From positions 7,136,001 through 7,200,000 of the forward strand of contig OZ245006.1 in NCBI GenBank assembly GCA_965223545.1: 64,000 nucleotides of DNA. Direction: 5' to 3'. A program made the translations under genes and the position numbers. The notes beneath the pieces were generated by a model that ran no database searches, was not told the origin of the DNA, and worked only from the letters and a program-made list of their open reading frames with translations. This DNA comes from Planctomycetota bacterium. GTDB taxonomy: Bacteria; Planctomycetota; UBA1135; UBA2386. Below are positions 9,681 through 19,138 of this stretch, in pieces (position 1 is the first letter of the stretch; each line of letters opens with the position of its first letter).

Positions 9681-9860
9681 GTGGACGGAAGTAAGGGCTG
9701 CAAAGGGGGGCGGAACTCCTGCTGGCATCAGGGTTTTAGCAAATCGCCCGCCGGCTTTAGGGGGTGCTTTTGCGCCGCCGCCGCAAGCCGCCTACACTGA
9801 GGCTCCCGTTGGAGACCGCAGCGGCGCGGGCGGTCGCGCTGCTTTCTTCAAGAGCACAGC

Positions 9861-10448
9861 ATGGAATCCCCAGAACTCCTGGTCATCGGCCTCACCTGCA
9901 ACCTCGTGGGGGTCTTCTTTCTGGCCAACTCGATCATCTTCCGCCGGCCGCGCAAGGTGATTGAGGAGTTCTTCGGCGTCGGCGCCGGGAGTCTCGAGCA
10001 AATCCGGGACTACGCGCTGAACAAGATCCAGGTGGTGATCGGCTTCTTGTTCCTCAACGCGGGCTTCCTGCTGCAGGCCTTCGCCAGCCTGGATCTGCTG
10101 GCCGAGCGCGGCTGGACCGCCCTCGTGTGCGCCGCGATCCTGGTCTTCGCCGGCATCGTCTACCTGGTCGGCGCGATCTACTCGCGGCTGTCGTTCAAGC
10201 GCTACCTGCAGGAGTTCTTCGCCCGGCACGCCTGGTCGTTCACCGACAACATGGCGCTGACCAAGGAGATCGGCAAGTTCCTGGGCATCCACCTGAGCAA
10301 TGACATGACGGTGGAAGAGTTCGTGCACCGCGTGAAGAAGGCACTCGACGTGCCCGACCGCGACGCCGGCGCGAGCTCGATGATCGACCGCGGTCGCCGA
10401 CTGCGCGATCTCGGCGCGGTGCAGGGCCGCGCCGCCGGCGGCAGCTGA
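9861..10448 (+). CDS. Hypothetical membrane protein (about 3 TM helices)
   Basis: 195 aa with strong GC3 codon bias and three hydrophobic stretches. Divergent from gatC. Confidence 0.75.
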   Translation: MESPELLVIGLTCNLVGVFFLANSIIFRRPRKVIEEFFGVGAGSLEQIRDYALNKIQVVIGFLFLNAGFLLQAFASLDLLAERGWTALVCAAILVFAGIVYLVGAIYSRLSFKRYLQEFFARHAWSFTDNMALTKEIGKFLGIHLSNDMTVEEFVHRVKKALDVPDRDAGASSMIDRGRRLRDLGAVQGRAAGGS

Positions 10449-10492
10449 GCCGGCCGGCGGGGCATGGCCCCGGTTGGTCGCGTCGGGGGCGG

Positions 10493-10933
10493 CTACTCGT
10501 GCGCGACGCGCACGGCGTTGCTCAGCTCGTACTGCAAGGTGCCGGCGGCATCGAAGCGGAACACCGCGGTCTGCAGGATGAAGTGGCCGACGATCGAGGT
10601 GTTCCACGACCGCTGGAAGGTGAAGCCGCCGGTGGCGTCGATGAGCTGGGGCAATTGCCAAACCGGCAGCGTGTAGAGCGTGCACGCCGTGCCGGCCAGC
10701 GGGAAGGCGAAGCTCTGCACGCCGAAGTAGGTCAGCGAATGCTCGCCGGCCCAGGCGCCGGTGAGGGCGAGATCGAGACGGTGGTTGCCGCCGCCGATCG
10801 GGCTGAAGCTGGCGGTCAGCGTCGGTCCGCAGCCCGGGCCGACCGGCGTCACGCTGAAGGTGGGCTGTGCGGCGACGGTGGTGCCGAGCAGGGCCGTCGC
10901 ACAGAGGAAGTGGCGGAGACGGATCGTGAACAT
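10493..10933 (-). CDS. Small secreted hypothetical protein (single beta-rich domain)
   Basis: Signal peptide ending VAA|Q, a G-x-G-C-G motif, and C-terminal FILQ...LSNAVRV. Confidence 0.75.
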   Translation of the reverse strand: MFTIRLRHFLCATALLGTTVAAQPTFSVTPVGPGCGPTLTASFSPIGGGNHRLDLALTGAWAGEHSLTYFGVQSFAFPLAGTACTLYTLPVWQLPQLIDATGGFTFQRSWNTSIVGHFILQTAVFRFDAAGTLQYELSNAVRVAHE

Positions 10934-11168
10934 GCTTGAACCCTCGAATCAAAGCGGCCCGTTGCGGGCCGGGTTTCCATTGAGGGAGCCCCTGATGGAG
11001 TGAACGGCCGGCGCCACGGGGTGCGGCCGTGATTGTCGACGCGCGCGGTGGTCTGCCGAGTTCCGTGGCCGCCGCAAATCAGGGCAAGGAGGAGGGCTCC
11101 GTCGGGAGTCGACAGGAGGCGCAACCCCACTCGTGACGGATCGCGGTCTGCGCACCACTCCTCCTGCG

Positions 11169-11933
11169 ATGAGCCCGGTTCGCGCGAGAGCCCCAGCGGC
11201 GCTGGCCCCGTGGCGGCGGCACGGGCGCGAGCTGTGGGTCGCGCTACTCGACGTGCTGTGCCCACCGCACTGTCCATCCTGTGGGGTCCCCGCGGCCCAG
11301 CTGTGCGCGCCGTGCCGAACACTGCTCGAGCCGCGTCCGGCGCCGCTGTGTCCGCGCTGCGGCGTGCCGTTGCCAGCGGCGGACGCGCCGTGCGCGACCG
11401 ACCATCGCCACGTGCGCGGGCTTTCCTGGGTGCGCGCGCCGCTGCGCTATCGCGGCACCGGTGGCCGGCTCGTGCGGCGGGTCAAGTTCGCCGGCGATCG
11501 CGCGGCGGCACGCGAGCTGACTCGCCGGATGGCCGACGCGGCGCGCGCCTGGGCGGTGGGCGAGGGCCGCCGGGCGGTGGTCGGATCGGTGCCCTTGCAC
11601 CGCAGCAAGCGCCGGCGCCGCGGTCACGATCAGGCGGCGTGGCTGGCCGAGGGCGTGGCGCTGCGCCTCGGTCTGCGCTTCCGCGCACGGCTGCTGCGCC
11701 GGTCGCGGGACACCTTGCCGCAGGGGGATCCCCGCGTGCTGTCGCGGGCGCAGAACGTGCACGGCGCGTTCGCGGTGCGCCGGCCGCGGGTGGTGGCGGG
11801 CGCCGCCGTGCTGTTGATCGACGACGTCGCCACCTCGTGGCACACGGCGCGCGAGTGTGCGCGCGTGCTGCGGGCGGCGGGGGCGCGGCGCGTGGCGCTG
11901 CTGTGCGCGGCGCAAGGAGGCGAGCACGCGTGA
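11169..11933 (+). CDS. comF: ComF-family protein (double zinc ribbon plus phosphoribosyltransferase-like domain)
   Basis: CPSC, CAPC and CPRC motifs; VPLH..KRRRRGHDQA; VLLIDDVATS..TARECARVL. Confidence 0.88.
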   Translation: MSPVRARAPAALAPWRRHGRELWVALLDVLCPPHCPSCGVPAAQLCAPCRTLLEPRPAPLCPRCGVPLPAADAPCATDHRHVRGLSWVRAPLRYRGTGGRLVRRVKFAGDRAAARELTRRMADAARAWAVGEGRRAVVGSVPLHRSKRRRRGHDQAAWLAEGVALRLGLRFRARLLRRSRDTLPQGDPRVLSRAQNVHGAFAVRRPRVVAGAAVLLIDDVATSWHTARECARVLRAAGARRVALLCAAQGGEHA

Positions 11934-12742
11934 CTCGAGAATCCGCCGACCGGGCGGTGCATTCCCCCGACCGCCGGCTACCGTCGTCGCCGATGCCACC
12001 GTCTGCAGCGGATGCGATCGAGGCCGCCCAGCGCCGGCTGTCCGGCCAGCTGGTCGAGACTCCGGTGATCGGCGGTCTGAGCGTGCCGGGCGTCGCCTTC
12101 TGGCCGGAGCTGCGCGTCAAGGCCGAGGTGTTGCAGCCGGCGGGCTCGGTGTACTTCCGCGGCGCGCTGCACTACCTGTTGCGGCAGCTCGGCGCGCTCA
12201 AGGGCTTGGCCGTGCACGGTGCGCCGCGCTGGGTGCTGGCGGCGGCGACCGCCGCCGCGATGCTGAGGACTCCGTGCGTGGCCCTGCCGGTGGGGCCTCT
12301 CGACGACGACCTCGAGAGTTTGCTCCGCGCCACCGGTTGCGAGCTGCGGCCGCAGGCGACGTCCGAGCTGGCGGAGGCAGAGGTGGAGCAGCTGCGGGCC
12401 CGCCACGGCAGCAAGCCGATGCCGGCGCTGGCGCACGCCGACGTCGCCGACGGCATCGCCACGCTGGGACTGGAGCTCGCGGCGGAGCTCGCCGACGACA
12501 CCGAGGTGGTGGCCGTTGCGCCGGCAGTGTTGGCACCGATCGTGGCGCGCGGGCTTGTCGCCGGCGGCCGCGCGCTGGCGGTGCAGGGGGTCGAGGTCGA
12601 ACCGGATGGCGACTGGCGCCCCCTGTCGCGTCGGTTGCGCACCGGCTTGCGGTTGGACGTCGGTGCGGCCAGCGTCGCCGCGGTGCAGTGGGCGCTGGCG
12701 CACGCCGTGGGCACCAGCGCCTGTATCGTGCTCGCCGAGTGA
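11930..12742 (+). CDS. Degenerate threonine/serine dehydratase-like (PLP fold type II) protein, probably catalytically inactive
   Basis: AIEAAQRRL..LVETP, VKAEVLQPAGSVYFRG and GIATLGLELAAEL match the family, but the PLP Lys and Gly loop are absent. Start is GTG 11930 (overlapping the comF stop) or ATG 11993. Confidence 0.75.
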   Translation: MTRESADRAVHSPDRRLPSSPMPPSAADAIEAAQRRLSGQLVETPVIGGLSVPGVAFWPELRVKAEVLQPAGSVYFRGALHYLLRQLGALKGLAVHGAPRWVLAAATAAAMLRTPCVALPVGPLDDDLESLLRATGCELRPQATSELAEAEVEQLRARHGSKPMPALAHADVADGIATLGLELAAELADDTEVVAVAPAVLAPIVARGLVAGGRALAVQGVEVEPDGDWRPLSRRLRTGLRLDVGAASVAAVQWALAHAVGTSACIVLAE

Positions 12743-12760
12743 CGGCGGTCGACCGCCGGC

Positions 12761-13339
12761 TCAGCAGCGCAACGCGCGCTCGAAGCTGTTGATCCGCGCC
12801 ACCGCGTGGCCGAGGTCGGGCTCGACGAAGTGCGGATCGACGTGGAACGCGCCGTCCTGCCCGGCCTCTCCGGTCTGCACCAAGATCGTGCCGAGGCCGC
12901 CGCGGCTGCCCGACAGGATGTCGGTGGTGGTGTGGCCGATCTTCCAGCAGCGTGCCAAGTTGAGCTCGAACTCCTGCTGCGCCATCTTGTACATGCCCGG
13001 CGCCGGCTTGCGGAACACCGACTCCTTGCGCAGCTTGCCGCGCCCCTTCGGGTGGTAGGGGCAGTGATAGATCTTGGCGATGCGCACGTCGTGGGCGGCG
13101 GCGTCTTCCAAGAACCGCTCGCACATCTTCTTGAAGTCGCGCTCGCGCATGCGGCCGAGTGCCATGTCGGTGCGGTCGCTGGCGGCGAACAGCAGAAAGC
13201 GCGTCGGATCGATGCGCGACAGCGCGTGCAGGGCGTTGTCGTAGTAGTCGATGGTGCCGTCGGCCTTGAGGCGCGGCTCGCGCATGACGACGCCGTCGAG
13301 CTCGAAGAAGACGGCCTGCTTGTTGGGGATGCGTGCCAT
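12761..13339 (-). CDS. GmhB/HisB-like HAD-IIIA family protein with substituted catalytic residues
   Basis: AVFFELDGVV, IYHCPYHP, RKPAPGM, IGHTTTDI..G..GG..TILVQTG. Confidence 0.85.
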   Translation of the reverse strand: MARIPNKQAVFFELDGVVMREPRLKADGTIDYYDNALHALSRIDPTRFLLFAASDRTDMALGRMRERDFKKMCERFLEDAAAHDVRIAKIYHCPYHPKGRGKLRKESVFRKPAPGMYKMAQQEFELNLARCWKIGHTTTDILSGSRGGLGTILVQTGEAGQDGAFHVDPHFVEPDLGHAVARINSFERALRC

Positions 13340-13426
13340 GGTTGGGGGGTCCTGTGCGGGAGTGCCGGGGTTTTCGGCGCGCTCCGGCGACCCCTTGAGA
13401 AGGCGGGAAAAATGCCCGCGATCGCG

Positions 13427-15442
13427 TCAGCGACCCGTTGGCGCGGGTGCGTGCATCCGGTGAAGCACGCCTGCCAGATCGCTGCGGATCGGCGTTGTCG
13501 CCGGAGTCGGCCACCAGGATGCCTCGCCTTGCAGATCGGCTTCGGCCCGTGCCAGCTCCTCACCGGTCGCCGGGTCATAGAGGACCATCACGGTGGGCCC
13601 TGGCGGAATCCCCTGCAGCCGGAATGTGCCGTCTGCGTCGACCCCCGTGCTCCGCACGAGCACTCTGATGGATCGAAGATCCGCCGGCTGGGGGAAGGCT
13701 GCCACCACCAGCCGGCGTGCCGCGCTGCCGGAGACGCCCGCGACGCGCCCCGACAGGGAAGCGCTCGGCCCGAGCGATAGGACGTTCCGGTCCGCGAAGT
13801 CGATGGGGGCGACCCTGGTCGCGGCGAAGGCACCATCTTCGCCAAACGCGACGACGACCAAAGGAGTGGCAGGCAACGTGTCGAACGCGAACGCGCCGCG
13901 CGCGTCGCTGCGGGCCATGACCGGCGCGTGGACGCGGGCACCGGGCGACTGAGGATACGCCAGCAGCAGCACGCCGCTTGTCGACCGGCCGCCGGACTGG
14001 ACGGCGCCCCGCAGTCGGCTCGTCGCGGGCTGCAGGGTGAGAACCACGTCGGCGGTGCTCTTGCGGTTGACGAAGGCGAGCTCCGAACGTGCGCGTCCCG
14101 GGATGCGTGCCCAGATGCGTGCACTGCGGGAATCGGCGAGGGAAAAGCCGAAGGACCCGTCGGCACCGGCGTGCCCGATGGCAACACTCACCCGGGCTGC
14201 TCCCGCCGCCGCCCAGCAGATCTCCGCGCCGGCGGCGGGCGCGCCGTCCTCGTCGACCACCGTCCCCGCGACGCGGGTCACCTGTTGCACCGACTCGACG
14301 ATGATCCCCGCTTCGCCCGCGTGGCGTTCGCGAGGCGGCGCCAAGCTGCTGAAGCGGAGCCGCACGACCCCGGGGCGGACGCCGGGGAACCAGGCCATGC
14401 CGTTTGCGTCGGTGGTTGCGGATCGCAGCGGCTCGAGCTGCGCGAACAACGAATCCGCGGCACTGGTGGGGCCCGTCTTCAGCCCGAGCAGGACGCCGGG
14501 CACCGGCCCCCCGCGGTGCTGAACCAACACCCCGATCCCGCCGACGGAAGTCGAGGCATGTTGCGGAACCGCTGCCGGTGGGAGGGTCGCGGCGGGCGTC
14601 CGGGCGAACCGCGATGGGGCTGGCGGCGCGCGCACCGGGCTTCGATCCTCGGCCCCGACGGCCGCATAGCCGGGCGCCGTGGTCGGTGACGGCCGTCGTC
14701 CGGTCTCCGCCAGCGCCCTGGCCGTGGCCGCCAGCGTCACGACGAGGACGACCCCGGCCGCGCCGACCGCAACGCCCGTCCCACGGAAATGCGCGCCGGG
14801 CACGGCGCGCGGTGAGCGGGACGGATGCGGGATCCGTTGCGCCGTCGAGGATCGGCCCGATGCCAAGACGACCGCCATCGCGGGAGTCAGCTCCGGCGGC
14901 AGTGTTTGCCGGAGCGATTTCACCGCCCGCCAGATTTGGCTCCGAACCGTGCTCGCCGATCGCTGCAAGTGCCGAGCGATCGTCTTTGCCGGCATCTGCT
15001 CTTCGTAGTAGAGCCGCAGGAGCTCCCGGTCGCGGCCGGGCAACCGCCGCAGAGAATCCAGCAACAGCAGTTGCGCCTCGCGGCCTTGCAGGCACATGAC
15101 CGGATCCTGCCCCCTCGACGTCAAGCGCGCCGGGTTGAGCGGCCGACCCGAACGACGCCGGTACACGTCCGCCACCTTTCTGCGCAGGATGCCGTACAGC
15201 CAATCGCCGAGCCTCTTCTTCTCGTCGAAGCGCGCCGCGGCGGCGAGCGCAGCGAGGTAGGTCTCCTGCAGCACGTCGTCCAACTCGGACGAGGGCACGC
15301 CCAATCGCCGCGCGTCGGACTTGAGCATCGGCGCTGTCCTGGCAACGATCTGCTGGAACACGTCTCGGTCAGCAGTGGCGCGAAAACGAGAAAACAGAGC
15401 CTCGCTGCTCTCGGCCGGTCGGGGGTGAGGGTCGGGTTGCAT
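13427..15442 (-). CDS. ECF-type sigma-70 factor with a TM segment and C-terminal carboxypeptidase-regulatory-like beta-sandwich repeats
   Basis: Region 2 (DDVLQETYL...WLYGILRRK) and region 4 (LPGRDRELLRLYY...IARHL..SASTVRSQIWRA). Hydrophobic GVAVGAAGVVLVVTL, then repeats such as [16 protein letters not shown]. Confidence 0.85.
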   Translation of the reverse strand: MQPDPHPRPAESSEALFSRFRATADRDVFQQIVARTAPMLKSDARRLGVPSSELDDVLQETYLAALAAAARFDEKKRLGDWLYGILRRKVADVYRRRSGRPLNPARLTSRGQDPVMCLQGREAQLLLLDSLRRLPGRDRELLRLYYEEQMPAKTIARHLQRSASTVRSQIWRAVKSLRQTLPPELTPAMAVVLASGRSSTAQRIPHPSRSPRAVPGAHFRGTGVAVGAAGVVLVVTLAATARALAETGRRPSPTTAPGYAAVGAEDRSPVRAPPAPSRFARTPAATLPPAAVPQHASTSVGGIGVLVQHRGGPVPGVLLGLKTGPTSAADSLFAQLEPLRSATTDANGMAWFPGVRPGVVRLRFSSLAPPRERHAGEAGIIVESVQQVTRVAGTVVDEDGAPAAGAEICWAAAGAARVSVAIGHAGADGSFGFSLADSRSARIWARIPGRARSELAFVNRKSTADVVLTLQPATSRLRGAVQSGGRSTSGVLLLAYPQSPGARVHAPVMARSDARGAFAFDTLPATPLVVVAFGEDGAFAATRVAPIDFADRNVLSLGPSASLSGRVAGVSGSAARRLVVAAFPQPADLRSIRVLVRSTGVDADGTFRLQGIPPGPTVMVLYDPATGEELARAEADLQGEASWWPTPATTPIRSDLAGVLHRMHAPAPTGR

Positions 15443-15509
15443 GTCAGTGACCGCGCGGACGGAGATCAGGGCGCGTGCATCGCGCTCGTTCCTCCCCGGG
15501 GGAGGGCGA

Positions 15510-17079
15510 TTAGCTACCGTTGTAGACCGCGTGCGGCCAGTAGGTGACCGTGCGCGTGTTGTTCTCGCCCGTCGCCTCGACGAACAACCAGTAAAGGCCG
15601 TTCTTCAGGACACTCGTGTCGAACGTCCACACGTACGGAGGGCCGGACGGGACGAAGCTGTGGTCGGGGGGCATCGGCGCAGGAGGGCCGCACCCGTTCG
15701 CGGTCGTCCCGGGACAGGGCAGGATTGGCGCCGGATAACGGTGCCCAGCGGGACCGCCCGCGCACGTTGGATGGCATCCGGCGACGCCGAACGTGGCGCC
15801 GCGGACGAAGTCCGTCCACTCGAACAATCGGAATTTGATCCCGGTGATGCCGGCGCCGTTGCTCGAGCCGGCGGAGGGCACGTAGGCGCTCATCGAATAG
15901 GTGAACACGCCGCCGATGTCGCCCGCCGTTGGCTCGGGGTGCACCCTGCCGATGACGGGCCCCTGCTTGACGGCGGTCACACCCGTGACGGTCAGCACGA
16001 CGTTGTTGGATTGAAAGCCGGCGTGCGTGATGCTCACTCCGGTCGGCCCGATACCGGGCAGATCGAGCTGCATCGTCTGCAACGGTGCCAGCGGCGCGTC
16101 GGTGAGATCGAGCTCGCATGGGTCCTCGCCAGTGGTGTTGGCATCCAGCAGCAACGTGCGGGAGATCGGGCTATCGGATTCCAGTGAGACCACGGGGCCG
16201 TCCGCGTGGAAACCGCCGGCATAGGCCCGCCAGTAGACCCAGGCGCTCGTATTGTCGCTCAACGGGATCTTGACTGCCGTTGGCGTCAACGAGGGTGAGT
16301 CCTCGATCGGCTGAATCTGAAACGAGGACGATCCGGGCGGAGCGGTCGCGATGGATGGCATGTCTCCAAACCAGCCGGCGCGTTCGGCGAACCACGGGTG
16401 GGTAGTGCGACTGCCGGCCGGCGTTGCCCATCGGGTCGAAGGTGTCACCGTACGGCTTTTCGGTACCGGATGGGGTCGCCGTACCCGTGCAGGCGGGCAT
16501 GAACAGGTTGGCGTGTTGCCACAACAAGCTGTGTCCCAGCTCGTGAATGAGGCCGAAGTGCCACTTGCCGACCGGGATGCCCGACCACAGATTCATGTCC
16601 ACGAAGATGGACTTCTGGTTCACCGTTCCCCGGCCGCCGTTTCCCGGCAGGGCACCGGTGCTGACGTAGAACACCCGGTCGTAGTTTGCCGGTTGGGGCT
16701 TCTCGGGGTTGGCTTGGAGATTGGCGATCACGTCGGCCCGGAGCTCCACCCAAGGCCTCGACTTGTTGGAGTCGAGAAAGTTGAGGTAGTACTGCGCGGA
16801 GTTGGGAACCGTGGCGGTCGTGACGTGCGCGGTGACGTTGAGCGCTTGGTAGCTGACGACGGCGAGCTCGGCTGCCATGTTCCCCGCTGCGAGCACGAGG
16901 TCGGCCTGCGATACCGGGCTGGGGCCGGGCGTGAACGACACGTTGACGAGCAAGTACTGCTGCGCGCCCTTGTGTCGGTATTGGTCGAGCATGTCCTCGG
17001 GCGGCTGCGTCCCTGGACTTTGGCCCGCCAGCGACAGCGCGATCAGGGAGCCGGCGAGTGGGACACGAGACAAACGCAT
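15510..17079 (-). pseudogene. Secreted zinc metallopeptidase (M6/M11-like) interrupted by a +1 frameshift near 16400
   Basis: The first part (ATG 17079) has a signal peptide, HELGHSLLWQH and YGDTFDPMG. The sequence continues in the other frame as HPWFAERAGW. Removing one base of the run at 16400-16402 joins the two parts. Confidence 0.7.
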
Positions 17080-17293
17080 TGTGGAGTCCTCGGTTGGAAG
17101 GGCCGAACACGACGAGTTCGTGCGGGGTGGCGGTGTGTCCCCCGCAATCGCGTTGGATTTCCGACTGACTTGGCAATCTGTCCACACGCTCGTGGGGCGG
17201 GTGAGCTCGTAGTGGGGCGCAGCCGCGGGATCGCGGTCCGCTCGCCGAGCTCAGCACGGCCACGCGCGTAACCAACTCGTCGGCCCCGGACGC

Positions 17294-18082
17294 TCAGTCC
17301 TTCGCGAACGCGCACACAAGCTCGAACACCGCGGCGCTCTCGAGCAGCAGCGAGTGGCCGGCGTCGTCGATCTCGCGCAGCTGCGCGCGCGGGTTGAGCT
17401 CGGCCGTCGCCCGCACCTCGGCGGGTGGCGTCAGGGTGTCTTCGCTACCCGCGACGCATAGCACTGGCTGGCGCAGAGCTGCGAACGCGGCGCGGCCGTC
17501 GAAGTCGGGCAACGCGCGCGCCTGCGCCAGCATCAGTGCCCGTGCGGCGTCGTCGGGGCGCAGCGCGCGGACGATGTCCTCGACCACTTGCGGCCGCTCG
17601 GCGTGAAAGGTCTCGCCGAACAAGAACGGCGCCACGGCCTCGCCGATCTGTGCCGGCTGCAGGTGCTCTGCGACGGTCGCGAAGAATCGGTAGACGCGCT
17701 GCGCCCGCGCGGTGGCCCAGGCGGAGCTGGCCAGCATGGCGAGCTTGGGCCAGCGCTGGGGCGCCGCCGCTGCGGCGAGCAGCGCGACCTTGCCGCCGAG
17801 CGACGTGCCCGCTGCCGTGGCCGCCTCGAGGTCACAGTCGTCGAGCACCGCGGTGAGATCGCGCGCCGCTTCCTCGAACGAGAACGGACCGGCCAGCGGG
17901 CTCGACGGCGTCGCGCCCACCGGGCTCACCGCCACGCAGGTGAAGCCGTGCCGCGCGAAGCGGCGCGGCAGCGTGCCGAACTGGCGCGCGCCGGCGCCGG
18001 TACCGGGCACCAGCACCACCGCGGGTCCTTCACCGGTGCGCTCGTAGTGGATGCGGCGCGGCCCGCGTTCGGCGAACGGCAT
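17294..18082 (-). CDS. Alpha/beta fold hydrolase
   Basis: GEGPAVVLVPG, nucleophile elbow GTSLGG, GSEDTLTP, AGH. Confidence 0.9.
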   Translation of the reverse strand: MPFAERGPRRIHYERTGEGPAVVLVPGTGAGARQFGTLPRRFARHGFTCVAVSPVGATPSSPLAGPFSFEEAARDLTAVLDDCDLEAATAAGTSLGGKVALLAAAAAPQRWPKLAMLASSAWATARAQRVYRFFATVAEHLQPAQIGEAVAPFLFGETFHAERPQVVEDIVRALRPDDAARALMLAQARALPDFDGRAAFAALRQPVLCVAGSEDTLTPPAEVRATAELNPRAQLREIDDAGHSLLLESAAVFELVCAFAKD

Positions 18083-18094
18083 GGTGCGTCGCGC

Positions 18095-19138
18095 TCAGCG
18101 CTCGCCGCCGCTCGGCGGCGGTTGGCGCGGGCTTTGCGGGTCGAGCGGCTGCGGAAAGTACTGCCGTTCGATGGCCGGCAGCGCCGTCAGCACGACCTCG
18201 CCGACGATCTGCATGCTCTCCGCCGCGATGTGATCGAGGGTGTCTTCGGCGGTGTGCCACTGCGGGTTGTCGATCAGATCGATGAGGTCGATCGCGGGAA
18301 AGCCGCGCTCGAGGAACGGCAGGTGGTCGTCGCGCACTGGCTGGCTCTTCTGGAAGAACACGTCCTGGTGCCCGCAGGCCGCGGCGGCGCCGCGGAAGAT
18401 CTCGCGCAGGTCGCGGTCGGAGTACTCCTCCTCGTCGATCTGCAGATCGCGGGCGCCGACCATGTCCAGAAGCACGAGCGCGCGCAGCTTGGACGCGTCC
18501 GGATCGAGCTCGCGCGCCTTCTCGGCGGCGGCGAAGCGCTTGGAGCCGAACAGCGCCTTGTCCATGTCCCACTTGAAGTCGAGCGACTCCTCGCCGTCGA
18601 AGAACACGACTTGGATCGTCGCCTGGTTGTCGCGCGCCATCAGCGCCGGCACCAGGGCGAGCAGCGTGCCGACGCCGCTGCCGGAGTCGTTGGCGCCGAC
18701 GAACGGGAAGTTGTGCGCGGGATCGGGGTGGCCCTCGCACTTCTTCGTGTCGTGATGGCAGGCCAGGATGATGCGGTCCTTGTGGCGGCCGGGAATGGTG
18801 GCGTGGATGTTCTCGAACTCGATACCGAAGCGCGGGTCGGTCCAGCGGTCGCGCACCGGCTCGAGCCCGGCCTCGGTCAGGGTTTCGGCGATGTGGTCGA
18901 GGCCGCGCTGCCACCCGGGCGACCCGGTGAAGCGCGGGCCGAAGCCGACCAGCGTGGCGACGTGGTCGTAGGCGCGGCGGCCGAGGTCCTCGGGCGTCGG
19001 CGCGGGCAGCAGCTTGGGGGGGTGGACGACCACGGGACCCTCGGGCTGGGAGCAGGTGGCGGCGATCAGACCGCAGCACAGCGCGGCGGCGGCGGCGCCG
19101 GCGGGGATGCGCCGGGCGAGGTGTCGACTACTGGGCAT
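18095..19138 (-). CDS. M28-family peptidase/glutaminyl cyclase-like protein (paralog 2)
   Basis: ACHHDTK, GANDSGSG, FFDGEE, LFGS, LLDMVG, DDHLPF, QWHT. N-terminal signal with a weak lipobox. Confidence 0.85.
   Translation of the reverse strand: MPSSRHLARRIPAGAAAAALCCGLIAATCSQPEGPVVVHPPKLLPAPTPEDLGRRAYDHVATLVGFGPRFTGSPGWQRGLDHIAETLTEAGLEPVRDRWTDPRFGIEFENIHATIPGRHKDRIILACHHDTKKCEGHPDPAHNFPFVGANDSGSGVGTLLALVPALMARDNQATIQVVFFDGEESLDFKWDMDKALFGSKRFAAAEKARELDPDASKLRALVLLDMVGARDLQIDEEEYSDRDLREIFRGAAAACGHQDVFFQKSQPVRDDHLPFLERGFPAIDLIDLIDNPQWHTAEDTLDHIAAESMQIVGEVVLTALPAIERQYFPQPLDPQSPRQPPPSGGER

Noticed and set aside
10950..11030. Three consecutive small hairpins upstream of the 146-aa secreted protein
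   Set aside because: Short GC-rich stems are expected by chance, and no riboswitch consensus was recognised.
16390..16410. Programmed ribosomal frameshift in the metallopeptidase
   Set aside because: No slippery sequence or clear stimulatory structure; a simple indel explains it.
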